A stretch of DNA of 64,000 nt from an uncultured bacterium (GCA_963716985.1 OY970323.1:32001-96000), one strand, 5' to 3'. Positions 29,391 to 39,664 are shown, counted from the first letter of the stretch. Notes: generated by a model not told the origin, from the sequence alone. Numbers and translations are program-made.

Positions 29391-29653
29391 AAACCGTTCT
29401 TAAAAATCCGTGAAAGCCCAACACTTTTTGCGATGATGCCGATTGGAGCAAAATAGCCGTCGCTTCCCCACCTATGGCTTAAAGGAACTTGGATAGCCAT
29501 TTTTTCCCAACTTCAATCCGGCAAGATTCTATTTGCTCCTCAAGGAAAACCACCGAAAACCCAACCCCTTTCTCGCCCTGCCAACGAAAACACATGTCGT
29601 TGATTATCAATGTCGTTTTTCATCAATAGGCGATAGAATTGCCTTTCTTTTTC

Positions 29654-29682
29654 TTGTAAATTAATGGTTTTTTGCCTATCAT
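29654..29682 (+). promoter_or_regulatory. Candidate greA promoter TTGTAA-N17-TATCAT
   Basis: Near-consensus -35 and -10 hexamers with a 17-nt spacer, about 90 nt upstream of the greA ATG. Confidence 0.4.
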
Positions 29683-29773
29683 AATTTTCATTAAAAAGGG
29701 CTCTCTTGTTTTTTATGAACCAAAAAAAGTTTCATTTTAATTTTAAAAAAGAGGCCAAGGGCATGGAAATCCA

Positions 29774-31930
29774 ATGAGTTACTTACAATCCTTTCGTGAA
29801 AGAATCGCATCCGATGACTACACGGGATTTTTAAAACTTTGGGAAGAATATTGCTATAGCGATGAACCAAACGGAGTCGAATTAAAACAGGTTCTTATAG
29901 AAACGAAAAATTCCGATCTCAGAGAGCCCTTCGGCAACCACGTCAATCGTACGATTCCTCTTTGGCGAGAAATTCAAGACCCCTCTCTTCGCCATGAAAT
30001 TATCAAATTGATCTTCGATATCGAGACCACCAATACGGAAGAGCTGGCAGAGCTTGCTTATGTCTACTTGCAAGAAAAATATCCCGAAGATCCTCTTTTC
30101 GAAGAAAAATTAAAATTAGTCGGCCTGCGTTCGAGAGACAACTTCCAGGGAGCCATTAGCAACTTTGAACTTCTTTCGCACATCGGAAAGGGAAAATTTG
30201 TCTTCCATAAAGCCGGATGGGGCACAGGAGAAATTCTCGATTTTTCACAAGTCCGAGAAGAAATGACCCTGGAATTTGATTTTGTCATGGGGCCGAAACA
30301 GCTCTCTTACGAGAATGCCATGAAAACCCTGATCCCTCTGTCCGACGACCATTTTCTTTCCAGGCGTTTTGGCAATCCCGATCTTTTAGAAAAAGAGGCT
30401 AGAGAAAATCCGACGGATATCATTTACCTTCTCCTCAAGGATTTGGGGCCGAAAACCGCTGCAGAGATCAAGGAGGAAATGGAAGAGCTGATCATTCCCG
30501 AAAAAGAGTGGGCGAAATGGTGGCAGACGGTAAGAACCAAGCTCAAAAGAGACACAAGAATTCTCTGTCCCGAAAATCTTAAGGAACCTTTCCGGCTGCG
30601 AGAGGGTGAAATCACCCACGAAGAGGCGCTCTATAAATCTCTGGAAACAAAACCCTCTATTGAAAATACCATCCAGATGATTCATGGCTACTTTCGTGAT
30701 TTTTCCAAAGCGCAGCACAACCAGGAGCTCAAATCCAATCTCGAGATCAAACTTAAGGAGCTGCTTGCCGAAAAAACCCTGTTGGACCATCAGAAGATTC
30801 AGGTGATTCTTCTCTTAGAAGAAATTGGCCATGCCGAAACCCTTCCCCTTCTCACTCCCTTGATCGAACAATCCCAAAACCTTGTGGACTTGGTCAAAAG
30901 CATTGAAATTTTAGCCTTCAAAAAACGATTTCTCTCCCTTGTTCAAAAAACACGCAGCGACTGGCAGGATCTCTTCTTTACCCTTTTCTTTACACTTCCG
31001 CAAAACACCCTGCGCGATTTTCTCTTCCATGAGTTGGAAAGCAACATGTCCGCCGATGTTTTGAATAAAAAAATCAACGAGCTTGCCCACAATTCTATTG
31101 CCTATCCCCACGTTTTTGTCTGGTATTTTCAGCGATTGCTTGAAAAGAAAAGCCACATCCCTTTCAGCGATACGAAAGGACACATTCGCTTCTTTGAAAA
31201 CTTTCTCATCCTTCTCGACCACCTCGATCAAAAAATAGAGTTTCGAGAGCTGGCAAAAAAAATGATTCATATCTTGACCTCTCACCGCTATCTCGTCGTG
31301 CAACAAATCATGCAGATCGCATCTTACGATGAAGTGAAGGAATTTGTCCTTCTCTCCACCAAATGCCGTCTCCTTACGGATTCCGACATTAAAATCATTC
31401 GATCCTTGGCAGAAGTGGTTTATCCTTTGTTAAAAGAAACAAATGCCCCTGTCGAAAAAGAAGAAAACTTGATTCTCTGGTCGACAGAGCAAGCCTATCT
31501 GAAAATGACAAAACGCATCGAGAAAATTGCAACCGTTGACACCATCCAGAATGCGAAAGAAATCGAAGAGGCCAGAGCACATGGAGATTTGAAAGAAAAC
31601 GCCGAATATAAGGCCGCTCTCGAAAAAAGAGCGCGCCTTCAATCAGAACTCCAAAACCTTTCCAATCAGATGAACCGCGCCTGCATTATTACACAAAACG
31701 ACATCGATGTTTCTCGAGTGGGCATAGGAACCGTCATAGAATGCATGGATCACAATAAAAAGAAAAAGAGCTTTACCATCCTCGGCCCTTGGGATGCCAA
31801 TCCGGAAAAAAACATCCTTTCTTTCCAATCTAAGCTCGCACTCTCTATGCAGGGGTTAAAAGAGAAAGAGACTTTTGAATTTCAGGGAGAAACCTATACG
31901 ATCCTTTCTATCAAAAGCGTTCTGTCTTAA
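29774..31930 (+). CDS. greA: Transcription elongation factor GreA, chlamydial long form
   Basis: C-terminal EARAHGDLKENAEYKAA and TILGPWDA; ~560-aa N-terminal extension typical of Chlamydiae. Confidence 0.95.
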   Translation: MSYLQSFRERIASDDYTGFLKLWEEYCYSDEPNGVELKQVLIETKNSDLREPFGNHVNRTIPLWREIQDPSLRHEIIKLIFDIETTNTEELAELAYVYLQEKYPEDPLFEEKLKLVGLRSRDNFQGAISNFELLSHIGKGKFVFHKAGWGTGEILDFSQVREEMTLEFDFVMGPKQLSYENAMKTLIPLSDDHFLSRRFGNPDLLEKEARENPTDIIYLLLKDLGPKTAAEIKEEMEELIIPEKEWAKWWQTVRTKLKRDTRILCPENLKEPFRLREGEITHEEALYKSLETKPSIENTIQMIHGYFRDFSKAQHNQELKSNLEIKLKELLAEKTLLDHQKIQVILLLEEIGHAETLPLLTPLIEQSQNLVDLVKSIEILAFKKRFLSLVQKTRSDWQDLFFTLFFTLPQNTLRDFLFHELESNMSADVLNKKINELAHNSIAYPHVFVWYFQRLLEKKSHIPFSDTKGHIRFFENFLILLDHLDQKIEFRELAKKMIHILTSHRYLVVQQIMQIASYDEVKEFVLLSTKCRLLTDSDIKIIRSLAEVVYPLLKETNAPVEKEENLILWSTEQAYLKMTKRIEKIATVDTIQNAKEIEEARAHGDLKENAEYKAALEKRARLQSELQNLSNQMNRACIITQNDIDVSRVGIGTVIECMDHNKKKKSFTILGPWDANPEKNILSFQSKLALSMQGLKEKETFEFQGETYTILSIKSVLS

Positions 31931-31978
31931 AGTCCTCTGGCTGAATAAGCCGTGCTGGTTCGAGTCCAGTTCCGAGCA
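31926..31978 (+). pseudogene. Orphan 3' half of a tRNA-Leu(TAA)-like gene
   Basis: Anticodon loop CTTAAAG, long variable arm GGCT-GAATA-AGCC, T-arm GCTGG-TTCGAGT-CCAGT, acceptor strand TCCGAGCA. No D-arm or 5' acceptor strand; greA coding sequence lies there instead. Confidence 0.75.
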
Positions 31979-32081
31979 TTTTTGCGAGAGAAAGAAACCC
32001 AAGAATTTGGCTTTCGTCTGGGCGAGAAGTGAGGAGCTTTGTCGACGAACCGGCGGGAAGCCCGAAGTCCAGTTCCGAGCA
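31963..32081 (+). repeat. 16-bp direct repeat of the tRNA 3' end (AGTCCAGTTCCGAGCA)
   Basis: Exact copies at 31963-31978 and 32066-32081. Confidence 0.85.
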
Positions 32082-32366
32082 ATTAACAAGAGATCCATAC
32101 CTTCAAGAGAAAAAAATCAACGAAGCGATGGCCCGGATATTCGCAAACTCCACTACAGCATTATCTGGCGTCCAAATGGGCGTGTTGTTAACAATGTATG
32201 ATGTCAACGAAACGCTTGGACTGCCGGAATCAAGCGTAATGGTTATCAATATGAACTTGACCCAAGCACTTAAGATTGTGCTCAAGAGAAAGAAATCCGA
32301 TGCCAGAAAGAAGGTTGCACTAAATATCTCTAGAACGGATCTTCCATTTTTAAAGACGCTAAAAAT

Positions 32367-34123
32367 CTAGAATAAGGCTTTTGCCTCCAATTCTTTACGC
32401 TCGGAAACAAGCTTTTTTCTAGTGACTATAACCATCCCCTTACAGGGCAATGCATCCGGTAAAGAAACTCCAGCCTTTTCTAAAAGAAATTTTCCCATTG
32501 GCCGTGGTTCCGGAATCTTTTGATATGCAATTTGAGGAGCATGCACTTCCATGGTGCAAATAGATTTTAACTCTTCTATTCCTTCCTCAACGGTCAATTC
32601 TACATCTTTCCATAAACGTCTCAGCTGATAGGCAAGCATATAACTCAACATCACTATAAAAACATGAGCTCTGGTGCGACTAGTGCTCTGTCATAGTTAA
32701 AATTTAGGATTATAAGTTTGGCAACGGTCGGCATAAACTCAAGTCAATTTATCCTAAAATTAAAGGGTGACAGAGCACTAGCCTTTCGAACAAAAATGCC
32801 TCGCATTTCCAGAAAGGTCGTTTTCATGGTTCTGAATGCAATTTCTACTTCTGCCAGGTCTTTATATCTGTCATGAATTTCTGTAGCGGAAAGATCTGTC
32901 CTGTCGGTTTTGATGACGTAACATCCATCCAAAAAGGCTTCTTTTGCTTTTTTTTCTGCATCTTCTGTGATAGAGAATTTTCTTTCTTCGTTTGCAACAA
33001 AAACCCATTGATCGATACTCAGCTTTGAGGCTTTTCCTAAAATTTTTTTCCGAGAGCTTTCCAGAGAAGCTTTTTTATGCAGCGACAAGTAGAGATTTTC
33101 TTTTTCAACAAACTCTTGCAAGCTCTCCAATTTTTTCTCCCTGGAATTTTTGACCTCATCTGCCCGGACAGGATTGCGTCGCAAAACATAGCGGATGCCA
33201 TCGCTTTCTACTTCAAAAACCTTCTCCTCGAAAAAAGAAAACTGAATAACACCTTCTTTCATCAACGTATTGATTTCCGGCTTCGTGATGGCGGTAATGT
33301 AATGAAAATTTTCGTCTTGCAAAGATTCAATTTGTGCCCGTTTTAACATGCCCCGATCACCTACAAAAGTAACCTCTTTTACACCAAATCGATTCGCTAC
33401 TTTTTCAATTTGATTTTTTACCGTTTTGGTGTCATTTGTATTTCCCCGAAAAACTTCGGTAGTAATCGGCCAACCATCGGCGTCTGTCATAAGGCCAATC
33501 ACGATTTGCTTTTTGTTTTTTTTGCCATCGCGATTATAGCCGTAATCGCCAAGTTCATTTTGCTCTCCTTCCAGATAGCTGCTTGTCACATCATAAAGAT
33601 AAAAAGAGGGAACTTTATCTCTATATTTTTGAAGAAAAAGTTCGTTTTCAATTCGTGGTTGCTCTTTTTCGGCAAAATCCATTGCTTTGTAAAGATCCTC
33701 TTCCGTGAAAGCATCTAAATCAAGAACGTCGCATCCTGCATGAAAGTTGATCATGCGTGCAGCAGAAAGGCGTGAACCCTGATTTAAAAGTCTGGCATAG
33801 ATAAGCCAGAGCACCAATTTGGCATGTTGTGAATCTCCCAATGCTTGAGTAATCCCGATTTGTTTTGCTAATTGATGCAACATCCAGACAGCGCCGATAG
33901 AAGATCCTTGTCTCAGTTTAAAAGCAGTTCCGGAATCTGCCTGAGGCTCTTTTTTGCCATATTTCAAAGCTTGTTTCAATTCTGCGATTTCGTTGTCAGA
34001 ACACTTAGAAAGATTTGCAACTGTATCGTGTCTTACCGTACCGTTTACGCGATAAGAGTTGCGCAAGAGTATGCGCCGATAGGTTTTTCCATTTTTGGTA
34101 TAGGTTGAATCGTCGACAAACAT
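32367..34123 (-). pseudogene. IS1634 transposase interrupted by a MITE
   Basis: YDVTSSYLEG, YGYNRDGK, VGDRGM, VEIAFRTMK. Removing 98 bp of MITE rejoins VRKAS-RTRAHVF into one 552-aa frame. Confidence 0.9.
32680..32781. mobile_element. 102-bp hairpin MITE, copy 1 (CTAG/TA target, IS630-like ends)
   Basis: Ends CTAGTGCTCTGTCA...TGACAGAGCACTAG with internal inverted repeats. Near-identical copy at 62752-62853. Confidence 0.9.
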
Positions 34124-34261
34124 GTGTTTTTGAAAAAGTTTTTTAATGTGACTACAATTTTACTTTTAAAAAAATTTTTTGCAAGAATAAAAATGTAGTG
34201 ACCACAATAAAAATTCAAGCCTATAATTATCAAGTTCTTAAAAAATTTCACGTGGAAGATC

Positions 34262-34404
34262 CGATAGAGAGTCCATGAGAGCCTACCATTTTGTTTTACT
34301 GAACCAAATAGTATGCGCGAAGCGGCACTCTCTATCAACTTTTTATTTTACAGATTGAAGCAAATGACTTTGGGCTATCAGATCGACAAATGTACAAAGT
34401 CGAG
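34262..34404 (-). mobile_element. Truncated left end of the IS701-family element (inverted copy of 40218-40360)
   Basis: 143-bp reverse complement of 40218-40360 with one mismatch seen. Includes the terminal IR and the first five transposase codons. Confidence 0.9.
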
Positions 34405-34467
34405 GGAAAGTAATGAAGTTGAGCATTGCCAGAAGTTTATTATCAACCCTTTCGGCTGCTAATGCTC

Positions 34468-35421
34468 TTAAGAAGAGGTTGGAGGGATTATGGGCGTGCC
34501 CCTACAAGGACTTTTCTTATTCTTTTTCTCTAAAATCCACACAAAAGTATTAGGAATTCCATGAGCTGGAATTTCTTTTCTTACCTTATAGTGAGACTGC
34601 TCAAACATTTGCAAGGTTTCTTCATAAGTTCTCGTGCGGATTCCCAACAAGCCATGCACATAATCAAACCCCGGTAACATACCAGGACAGGCGGCAGATG
34701 GAGATACATTATCCACGTAGAAAAAGACCTCCAAGTTTGGAAACTTTTGTAAATAGGAGTTCATTACTCGAGTACATGTTTTTGTCGGGATGTCGTGCAT
34801 GACAAAACATTGTAAAAGAATTCCAACATTGGGCCTTCTTTTTTTGATGCTTATAATGTCATCTTTTTCAATTTGGATGATTTTGGCCGATTCTTCATTC
34901 AACAGGGAATTCCCAAATTCAATTGCTTTGGCATTCACCTCAATTCCTATCCCTTTTAATCTGGTTTTTTTGCAAATGTCCAGTAATTTTGTGCCAGACC
35001 CACAACCTAAATCACAGACCGTTCCATGTTGAGAATGAATTTTTTTTAATTCTCTAGATGCTTCAGCAACAGCCTTTCCATTGATAAAGCGATTTGAAGC
35101 ATTTATCTTTTTTGAAAAGAACTTTTCTTGATTGGCAATAACAGATCGATATCCTTCGTAAATAAGGCCAATGGAGCCCATATGAGAAAGAACTTCTTTC
35201 CCAAAATTTGTTATGTGGTAGGCGTCGTTTTTCTTAAGTAAGATTCCAGTTTTTTCTAGCGTTAAAATGGCTTTTTCAAGCGCCAGTGCGTTTGAAGGAG
35301 AGGAGGTTAAGTTTTCTTTGATCTTTCCTTCTTTTAAAATTCTGTCTATCAGCCCCAAATGATTTAATAGAGAAATAGCATGACATGCAACACCTGCAGA
35401 AATAAATACTAATGGATCCAT
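34468..35421 (-). CDS. SAM-dependent methyltransferase, MppJ/MrsA-like (2-oxo-acid C-methyltransferase family)
   Basis: N-terminal HTH-like region, TVCDLGCGSG, LLQCFVMHD and GFDYVHGLLG, resembling the two His-containing motifs I recall for MppJ. Confidence 0.6.
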   Translation of the reverse strand: MDPLVFISAGVACHAISLLNHLGLIDRILKEGKIKENLTSSPSNALALEKAILTLEKTGILLKKNDAYHITNFGKEVLSHMGSIGLIYEGYRSVIANQEKFFSKKINASNRFINGKAVAEASRELKKIHSQHGTVCDLGCGSGTKLLDICKKTRLKGIGIEVNAKAIEFGNSLLNEESAKIIQIEKDDIISIKKRRPNVGILLQCFVMHDIPTKTCTRVMNSYLQKFPNLEVFFYVDNVSPSAACPGMLPGFDYVHGLLGIRTRTYEETLQMFEQSHYKVRKEIPAHGIPNTFVWILEKKNKKSPCRGTPIIPPTSS

Positions 35422-35467
35422 AGAGCAGCTCAGATCATCGATTTTTGAATTTTCCTCGGGATAATAA

Positions 35468-36379
35468 CTATGGCTCGCTATTCACCGAAGGATTAATGAC
35501 AATAAAATCATCCTCACAGACAAGTTCATATAACCCGCTATCTTTCTTGCAAGACAAAATAAAATCCTCTATTTTTTTGTAAATAATTTGTTTTTTCTCG
35601 TCAGAAAGTTCAAGAAATTTTTCTGGCAAAAAACAATCATCGATTGTAAACAGAGTCACTACACGACGAAAATCTTCGTATCGAAAAGATTTAAAAATAC
35701 TACGAACGGGAAAAGTTTTGTGAAAAATTTTCAGTTTTTTCAAAACTTTTTCCGCCTCAAAACTGCTAGAATAACGAGAGCAAATTGAAGTCCGCAATTT
35801 ATGCCAATCTCCTCTAGGAGCAACAAGGACAACAAGACCTCTTCCTCCAGGGGAAAGGGAGCGATATATTGTTTTTAAAAAAAAAGCCCAATCCTTTCGA
35901 GCTATGTGATATAAAACATGCGAACAAAGAATAAAATCAAAAACTTTTTCAAGCCCTTCATCTTGGAAGTTTCCAATTTTAGCAAAAAACCCAAATTTTT
36001 CATATGCAGATTTATAGACAGGGTTGGGTTCAATAACTGTTGTTGAATCAAAGTATGTGGCCAAAATTTTTGTAATTTTCCCTGGCCCAGCACCAATGTC
36101 TAAAAATGTTTTTTTTGAGTTTAATTGTGGAAAAATTTTCGATCGCACAAATCGCACCAATAGGTCTTTATGATTGGTATTGTTGATAAAAACATCTTCC
36201 ACACCTCCATATTCACTTTCCTCAAAGTTACTAACGAGTAGTTGTTTATTAAAAATTCTTGTTTTTGAGGCATTTAGAAAAAAAATAATTTTTTTTAAAA
36301 AACTCATCTTACCCGGACCTGGAAATTTGTTATTTAATAAAGACAGAATGATTATGCAAGAGAATTGGATTTTATTCAA
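35468..36379 (-). CDS. Class I SAM-dependent methyltransferase
   Basis: FLDIGAGPG, IEPN, FDFILCSHVLYHI, LSPGG. The true start may be at 36307. Confidence 0.85.
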   Translation of the reverse strand: MNKIQFSCIIILSLLNNKFPGPGKMSFLKKIIFFLNASKTRIFNKQLLVSNFEESEYGGVEDVFINNTNHKDLLVRFVRSKIFPQLNSKKTFLDIGAGPGKITKILATYFDSTTVIEPNPVYKSAYEKFGFFAKIGNFQDEGLEKVFDFILCSHVLYHIARKDWAFFLKTIYRSLSPGGRGLVVLVAPRGDWHKLRTSICSRYSSSFEAEKVLKKLKIFHKTFPVRSIFKSFRYEDFRRVVTLFTIDDCFLPEKFLELSDEKKQIIYKKIEDFILSCKKDSGLYELVCEDDFIVINPSVNSEP

Positions 36380-36388
36380 GAGACAAAG

Positions 36389-37369
36389 CTATATGTCCGC
36401 GTTGTTTTTTATTTTATTATTACGGTCGCTTGCATATATCGCCATCAAGCCACCTATTGTTATAATAACAGATCCTATAATTGTGGTAGTTGAAACAATT
36501 GTTTGGTTAATCATCCAATTAAAGGTTTCATTAAAAACAGGAAGAAAAAAGCTTACTCCTGCAATGATTTGAACTTCTGTGTAATAAAAAGCCTCAATGA
36601 AACAAAATAAGGTTAATGCAAACAAAAAGCCCGAAAACATCATCATCATAATGGCGTTCCAGCTTGGAACATTCCAACCATTATATATGTCCCAAAAAAT
36701 TGTCCCAGTTCCAAAAATAGCAAACCCTATAAGCGCTTGATAAAAACCTATCCTTAAGGGCGGATCTTTTTGCACCATAAATCTAGTAAGAAAAATTACA
36801 AAAGCTAAAAGAATTCCAGACACAGTCCCTAAGGAAGCTCCAACAACGTCCTGAGCAGAAGAATTATACAAATACACAAAAACAACGGCGGCAATGCCAA
36901 TAAAAACCCCAGCAATCGCAATCCAACTCACATACATCCCAAGAAAAAGCAAAATTAACACAACCCATAACGGATCAGTGCTATAAAGCATTGAGTTGTC
37001 AACGCGATGGGCCCAAAATCTTGAAAGAATATAGAACAACACACAAATAATCGAAAAAACCGCTCTAAAAACAATAAACCAAGGAAGTTTACATTTAAAA
37101 AAATGCCGTCCTTTCGCAAGGCAAAAGGGGAAAAAAGAGAGCATCATAAAAAAGTGAAAAACAGTAAATTCGAAAAACACTATAGAAAGAGAGTTTGATG
37201 TATTGTCTCTTTTAGTAACCAATTGAAACAAAGTTGTAAAAACAGAATACAAAATAAAACCAACAAGCGTTAAGACAACGCCTAAGTGTCTCTTATCAGC
37301 CCGTACCTTAGGAATTTGCTCCCTATAGCTTTCTGCGATTCGAACAAGTTTTCGATAACCTATCAGCAT
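36389..37369 (-). CDS. DMT/EamA family transporter
   Basis: About 10 hydrophobic helices in two repeats; PLWVVLILLFLG..VSW..IAGVFIG pattern. Confidence 0.8.
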   Translation of the reverse strand: MLIGYRKLVRIAESYREQIPKVRADKRHLGVVLTLVGFILYSVFTTLFQLVTKRDNTSNSLSIVFFEFTVFHFFMMLSFFPFCLAKGRHFFKCKLPWFIVFRAVFSIICVLFYILSRFWAHRVDNSMLYSTDPLWVVLILLFLGMYVSWIAIAGVFIGIAAVVFVYLYNSSAQDVVGASLGTVSGILLAFVIFLTRFMVQKDPPLRIGFYQALIGFAIFGTGTIFWDIYNGWNVPSWNAIMMMMFSGFLFALTLFCFIEAFYYTEVQIIAGVSFFLPVFNETFNWMINQTIVSTTTIIGSVIITIGGLMAIYASDRNNKIKNNADI

Positions 37370-37533
37370 CTAAATTCCCTAGAAAATTTTTGAATGTTAT
37401 AAAAATAATTTAGCTATGTCAAGAAAAATAGAAAAAAAAGGACTCTTTTTTGAAATTTTCTGGCCAAATTTCCCTTGAAATACATTGAAGAAAATGAGAA
37501 AATGGACGAATTAATAAAAAACTGGAATGTTTC

Positions 37534-38223
37534 ATGCCATCAAAAAAATTCTGGACAAGAGTATCCTTAGACCATCTCCATACTCTCAAAAAAATAAACT
37601 CCGAAATCAAGGTTTGTCTTTTAGGATATTCTTTCGTAACACTTCCCGGAGTATTTTCTCCATCATGTTCTTCTGACACTGAATGGTTTGCAGAAAAGCT
37701 TATTCCTCATATTAAAAAATTAAGTTTTTTAGAAATCGGAACTGGCACAGGAATAATTGCAGCTCTTGCAGCTCTCAGAGGAGCCTCCAAGGTCGTTGCG
37801 ACTGACATCAATCCTCAGGCAATAAAAAATTCGATTTTGAACAAGAGATTGCACCATTTAAATTTTTCGATAAGAAAAGGAAGCGTGTTCGATCCAATTA
37901 AGCATAATGAACGTTTCGATATAATCTTCTGGAATCACCCATTTACATACTCCGAAGAAAAAAAATTCAAAAAGGACATGCTAGCTTTGGCCCTTTTTGA
38001 TTATAAATATGAATTTTTAAAAGAATTTCTGAAAAAAGCAAGGTCTCATCTTAAAAAAAATGGTAAAATTTTTCTAGGCAGTGGAAACATCGCGAATATA
38101 AAATTATTTAAAAAAATAGTAAAACAAGAAGGTTTCAAAATAACCTTGCTGGAAAAATCCATTGTCCCCGCATATAAGACCAGAAAAGTAAAAATGGATG
38201 TTCGTCTTTATGTCTTGGAATAG
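37534..38223 (+). CDS. Class I SAM-dependent methyltransferase (HemK/MTS-like)
   Basis: PGVFSP..SDTEW, LEIGTGTG, ATDINP, FDIIFWNHPF (NPPF-like amine-methylation motif). Confidence 0.85.
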   Translation: MPSKKFWTRVSLDHLHTLKKINSEIKVCLLGYSFVTLPGVFSPSCSSDTEWFAEKLIPHIKKLSFLEIGTGTGIIAALAALRGASKVVATDINPQAIKNSILNKRLHHLNFSIRKGSVFDPIKHNERFDIIFWNHPFTYSEEKKFKKDMLALALFDYKYEFLKEFLKKARSHLKKNGKIFLGSGNIANIKLFKKIVKQEGFKITLLEKSIVPAYKTRKVKMDVRLYVLE

Positions 38224-38335
38224 GTACATTTCCTCTATTAAAACTGTCCTGGTTTGACTGCGGGAATCGCATGTTATAGCTGTTAAATAGTTTTTAGCGT
38301 GAACGTGTTTTAAATTTCAGATAAATTATTGGAGT

Positions 38336-38911
38336 GTGGATATGCCTATCGCAAATTTTGTTGAGTTTGAGGCATCGAAAACCCTGGTGCTTTTAGATGG
38401 AAAGAAAGTAAGTTTGGTAGTCCCTCCTAGTGAAATTCAAGCCAGAATCAAAGAAGCGGCATCTTGGATAGACAATGAGTATAGAGGCAAAGATCTAGTA
38501 CTCGTGATGATTCTGAAAGGTTCCATTTGCTTTGTCTCGGATTTAATGAAAGAAATCAACATCCCTTTCGAATTAGAGTATGTTCGTGGCAAAAGTTACT
38601 ATGCGAATACCCGAGGTCATTTTACCCTTTCTTTGGTAGAACAATTAAATCTCGAGGGTAGGCACGTTCTTCTTCTTGACGAACTTTTTGATTCTGGGAA
38701 CACATTAACTTTAACCGTCCCTGTTTTGATGAAAAAAAAACCAGCCTCATTGAAAACGATGGTCTTATTAATTAAACCTGAATCTGAAAAAGTAAAAGAT
38801 GCTCTTTTCCCTGACAAGGCACTTATTACAATAGGAAATCGTTTCGTTATTGGTTATGGTCTAGATTATTTTGAAAAATATAGAGGATTACGTGGTATTT
38901 ATGCGCTCTAG
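38336..38911 (+). CDS. hpt: Hypoxanthine phosphoribosyltransferase
   Basis: ILKGSICFVSDL, KSY, VLLLDELFDSGNTL (PRPP loop), FVIGYGLDY.EKYRGL. Confidence 0.88.
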   Translation: MDMPIANFVEFEASKTLVLLDGKKVSLVVPPSEIQARIKEAASWIDNEYRGKDLVLVMILKGSICFVSDLMKEINIPFELEYVRGKSYYANTRGHFTLSLVEQLNLEGRHVLLLDELFDSGNTLTLTVPVLMKKKPASLKTMVLLIKPESEKVKDALFPDKALITIGNRFVIGYGLDYFEKYRGLRGIYAL

Positions 38912-39095
38912 TACAGCTTAACAAAATAATTTTTTATCATATGGTCGGATAGAGTTTTTTGAGTTTTATCTTGGCGTCACTCGTTGTAAACTGCCAATCA
39001 CGGCGAATCGTTGCCTCGTTCCTGGCACGCTCCCAAGGTTTGACTTCTTGCACCAGCTTTTCTTGAGTAGGGATTCTTCTGTTGAGACACTGCCT
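38909..39095 (-). pseudogene. IS630-family transposase C-terminal remnant with one terminal end
   Basis: RQCLNRRI....WERARN....DWQFTTSDAKIKLKKLYP. The end abuts CTAG at the hpt stop codon. Confidence 0.8.
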
Positions 39096-39223
39096 TGGTT
39101 CTTGGGAACATCTGTATTTTAAGAGCATCTTTCTCACCATTCCCAAAAGGCCTTTTGCCGACAAGGGCAAAGATTTAGTTTTTTTGACAGGAATGGAAAA
39201 TTTTGATAGATTCGGCTTGATAG

Positions 39224-39664
39224 GTGTTTCAGATGGCTTTAATGAGCACATGGAGTTTTTTTTATTGTGGAGCTGCCTCCATCACATGGTGCTTAGGAAC
39301 CATGATGGGTATGATGTTTATTGAATCGATAAGAGATATTCATAAGAAACAGCGACTCCTTGCAAAATTCCAATTCAAAAGCTTGCGGCTCATTTTTCTT
39401 ACATGTTGGACCATATCCTGGCTGTTTTCTCTTTTGATTTTTCAAACTGGAAAATTTCACTTGTTGAACATGATTATCGGGGCACCCTTATTTCTCGTTA
39501 CTGCGCTTTCAATTTGGCAATTGGCCAAAAAATTACCCAAAAGTCCGATGAGTCCTCATGAAAGAAAGAAAATCTTTGTGCAATTTATTGTCGGAACCAT
39601 TGCGCTTGCATTTTTGATTCTGTTGCAATTATTTTCAGGTATCTCTAATGGGAGCTACATTTGA
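39224..39664 (+). CDS. Membrane protein fragment, unknown family
   Basis: Several hydrophobic segments; the 5' part appears truncated next to the IS630 remnant. Confidence 0.35.
   Translation: MFQMALMSTWSFFYCGAASITWCLGTMMGMMFIESIRDIHKKQRLLAKFQFKSLRLIFLTCWTISWLFSLLIFQTGKFHLLNMIIGAPLFLVTALSIWQLAKKLPKSPMSPHERKKIFVQFIVGTIALAFLILLQLFSGISNGSYI

Larger units (their letters stand above)
32336..34263 (-). mobile_element. IS1634-family insertion sequence
   Basis: Terminal inverted repeats CGGATCTTCCA (32336-32346) and TGGAAGATCCG (34253-34263) enclose the transposase. Subterminal GTGAC(T/C)ACAAT repeats. Confidence 0.85.

Noticed and set aside
31890..31978. Complete tRNA-Leu gene
   Set aside because: No D-arm or complementary 5' acceptor strand (GCTCGGA) lies upstream; that sequence is greA coding DNA.
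32029..32370. 113-aa ORF as the island integrase
   Set aside because: No tyrosine-recombinase catalytic motifs are visible, and the frame runs through the tRNA repeat and into the IS1634 end.
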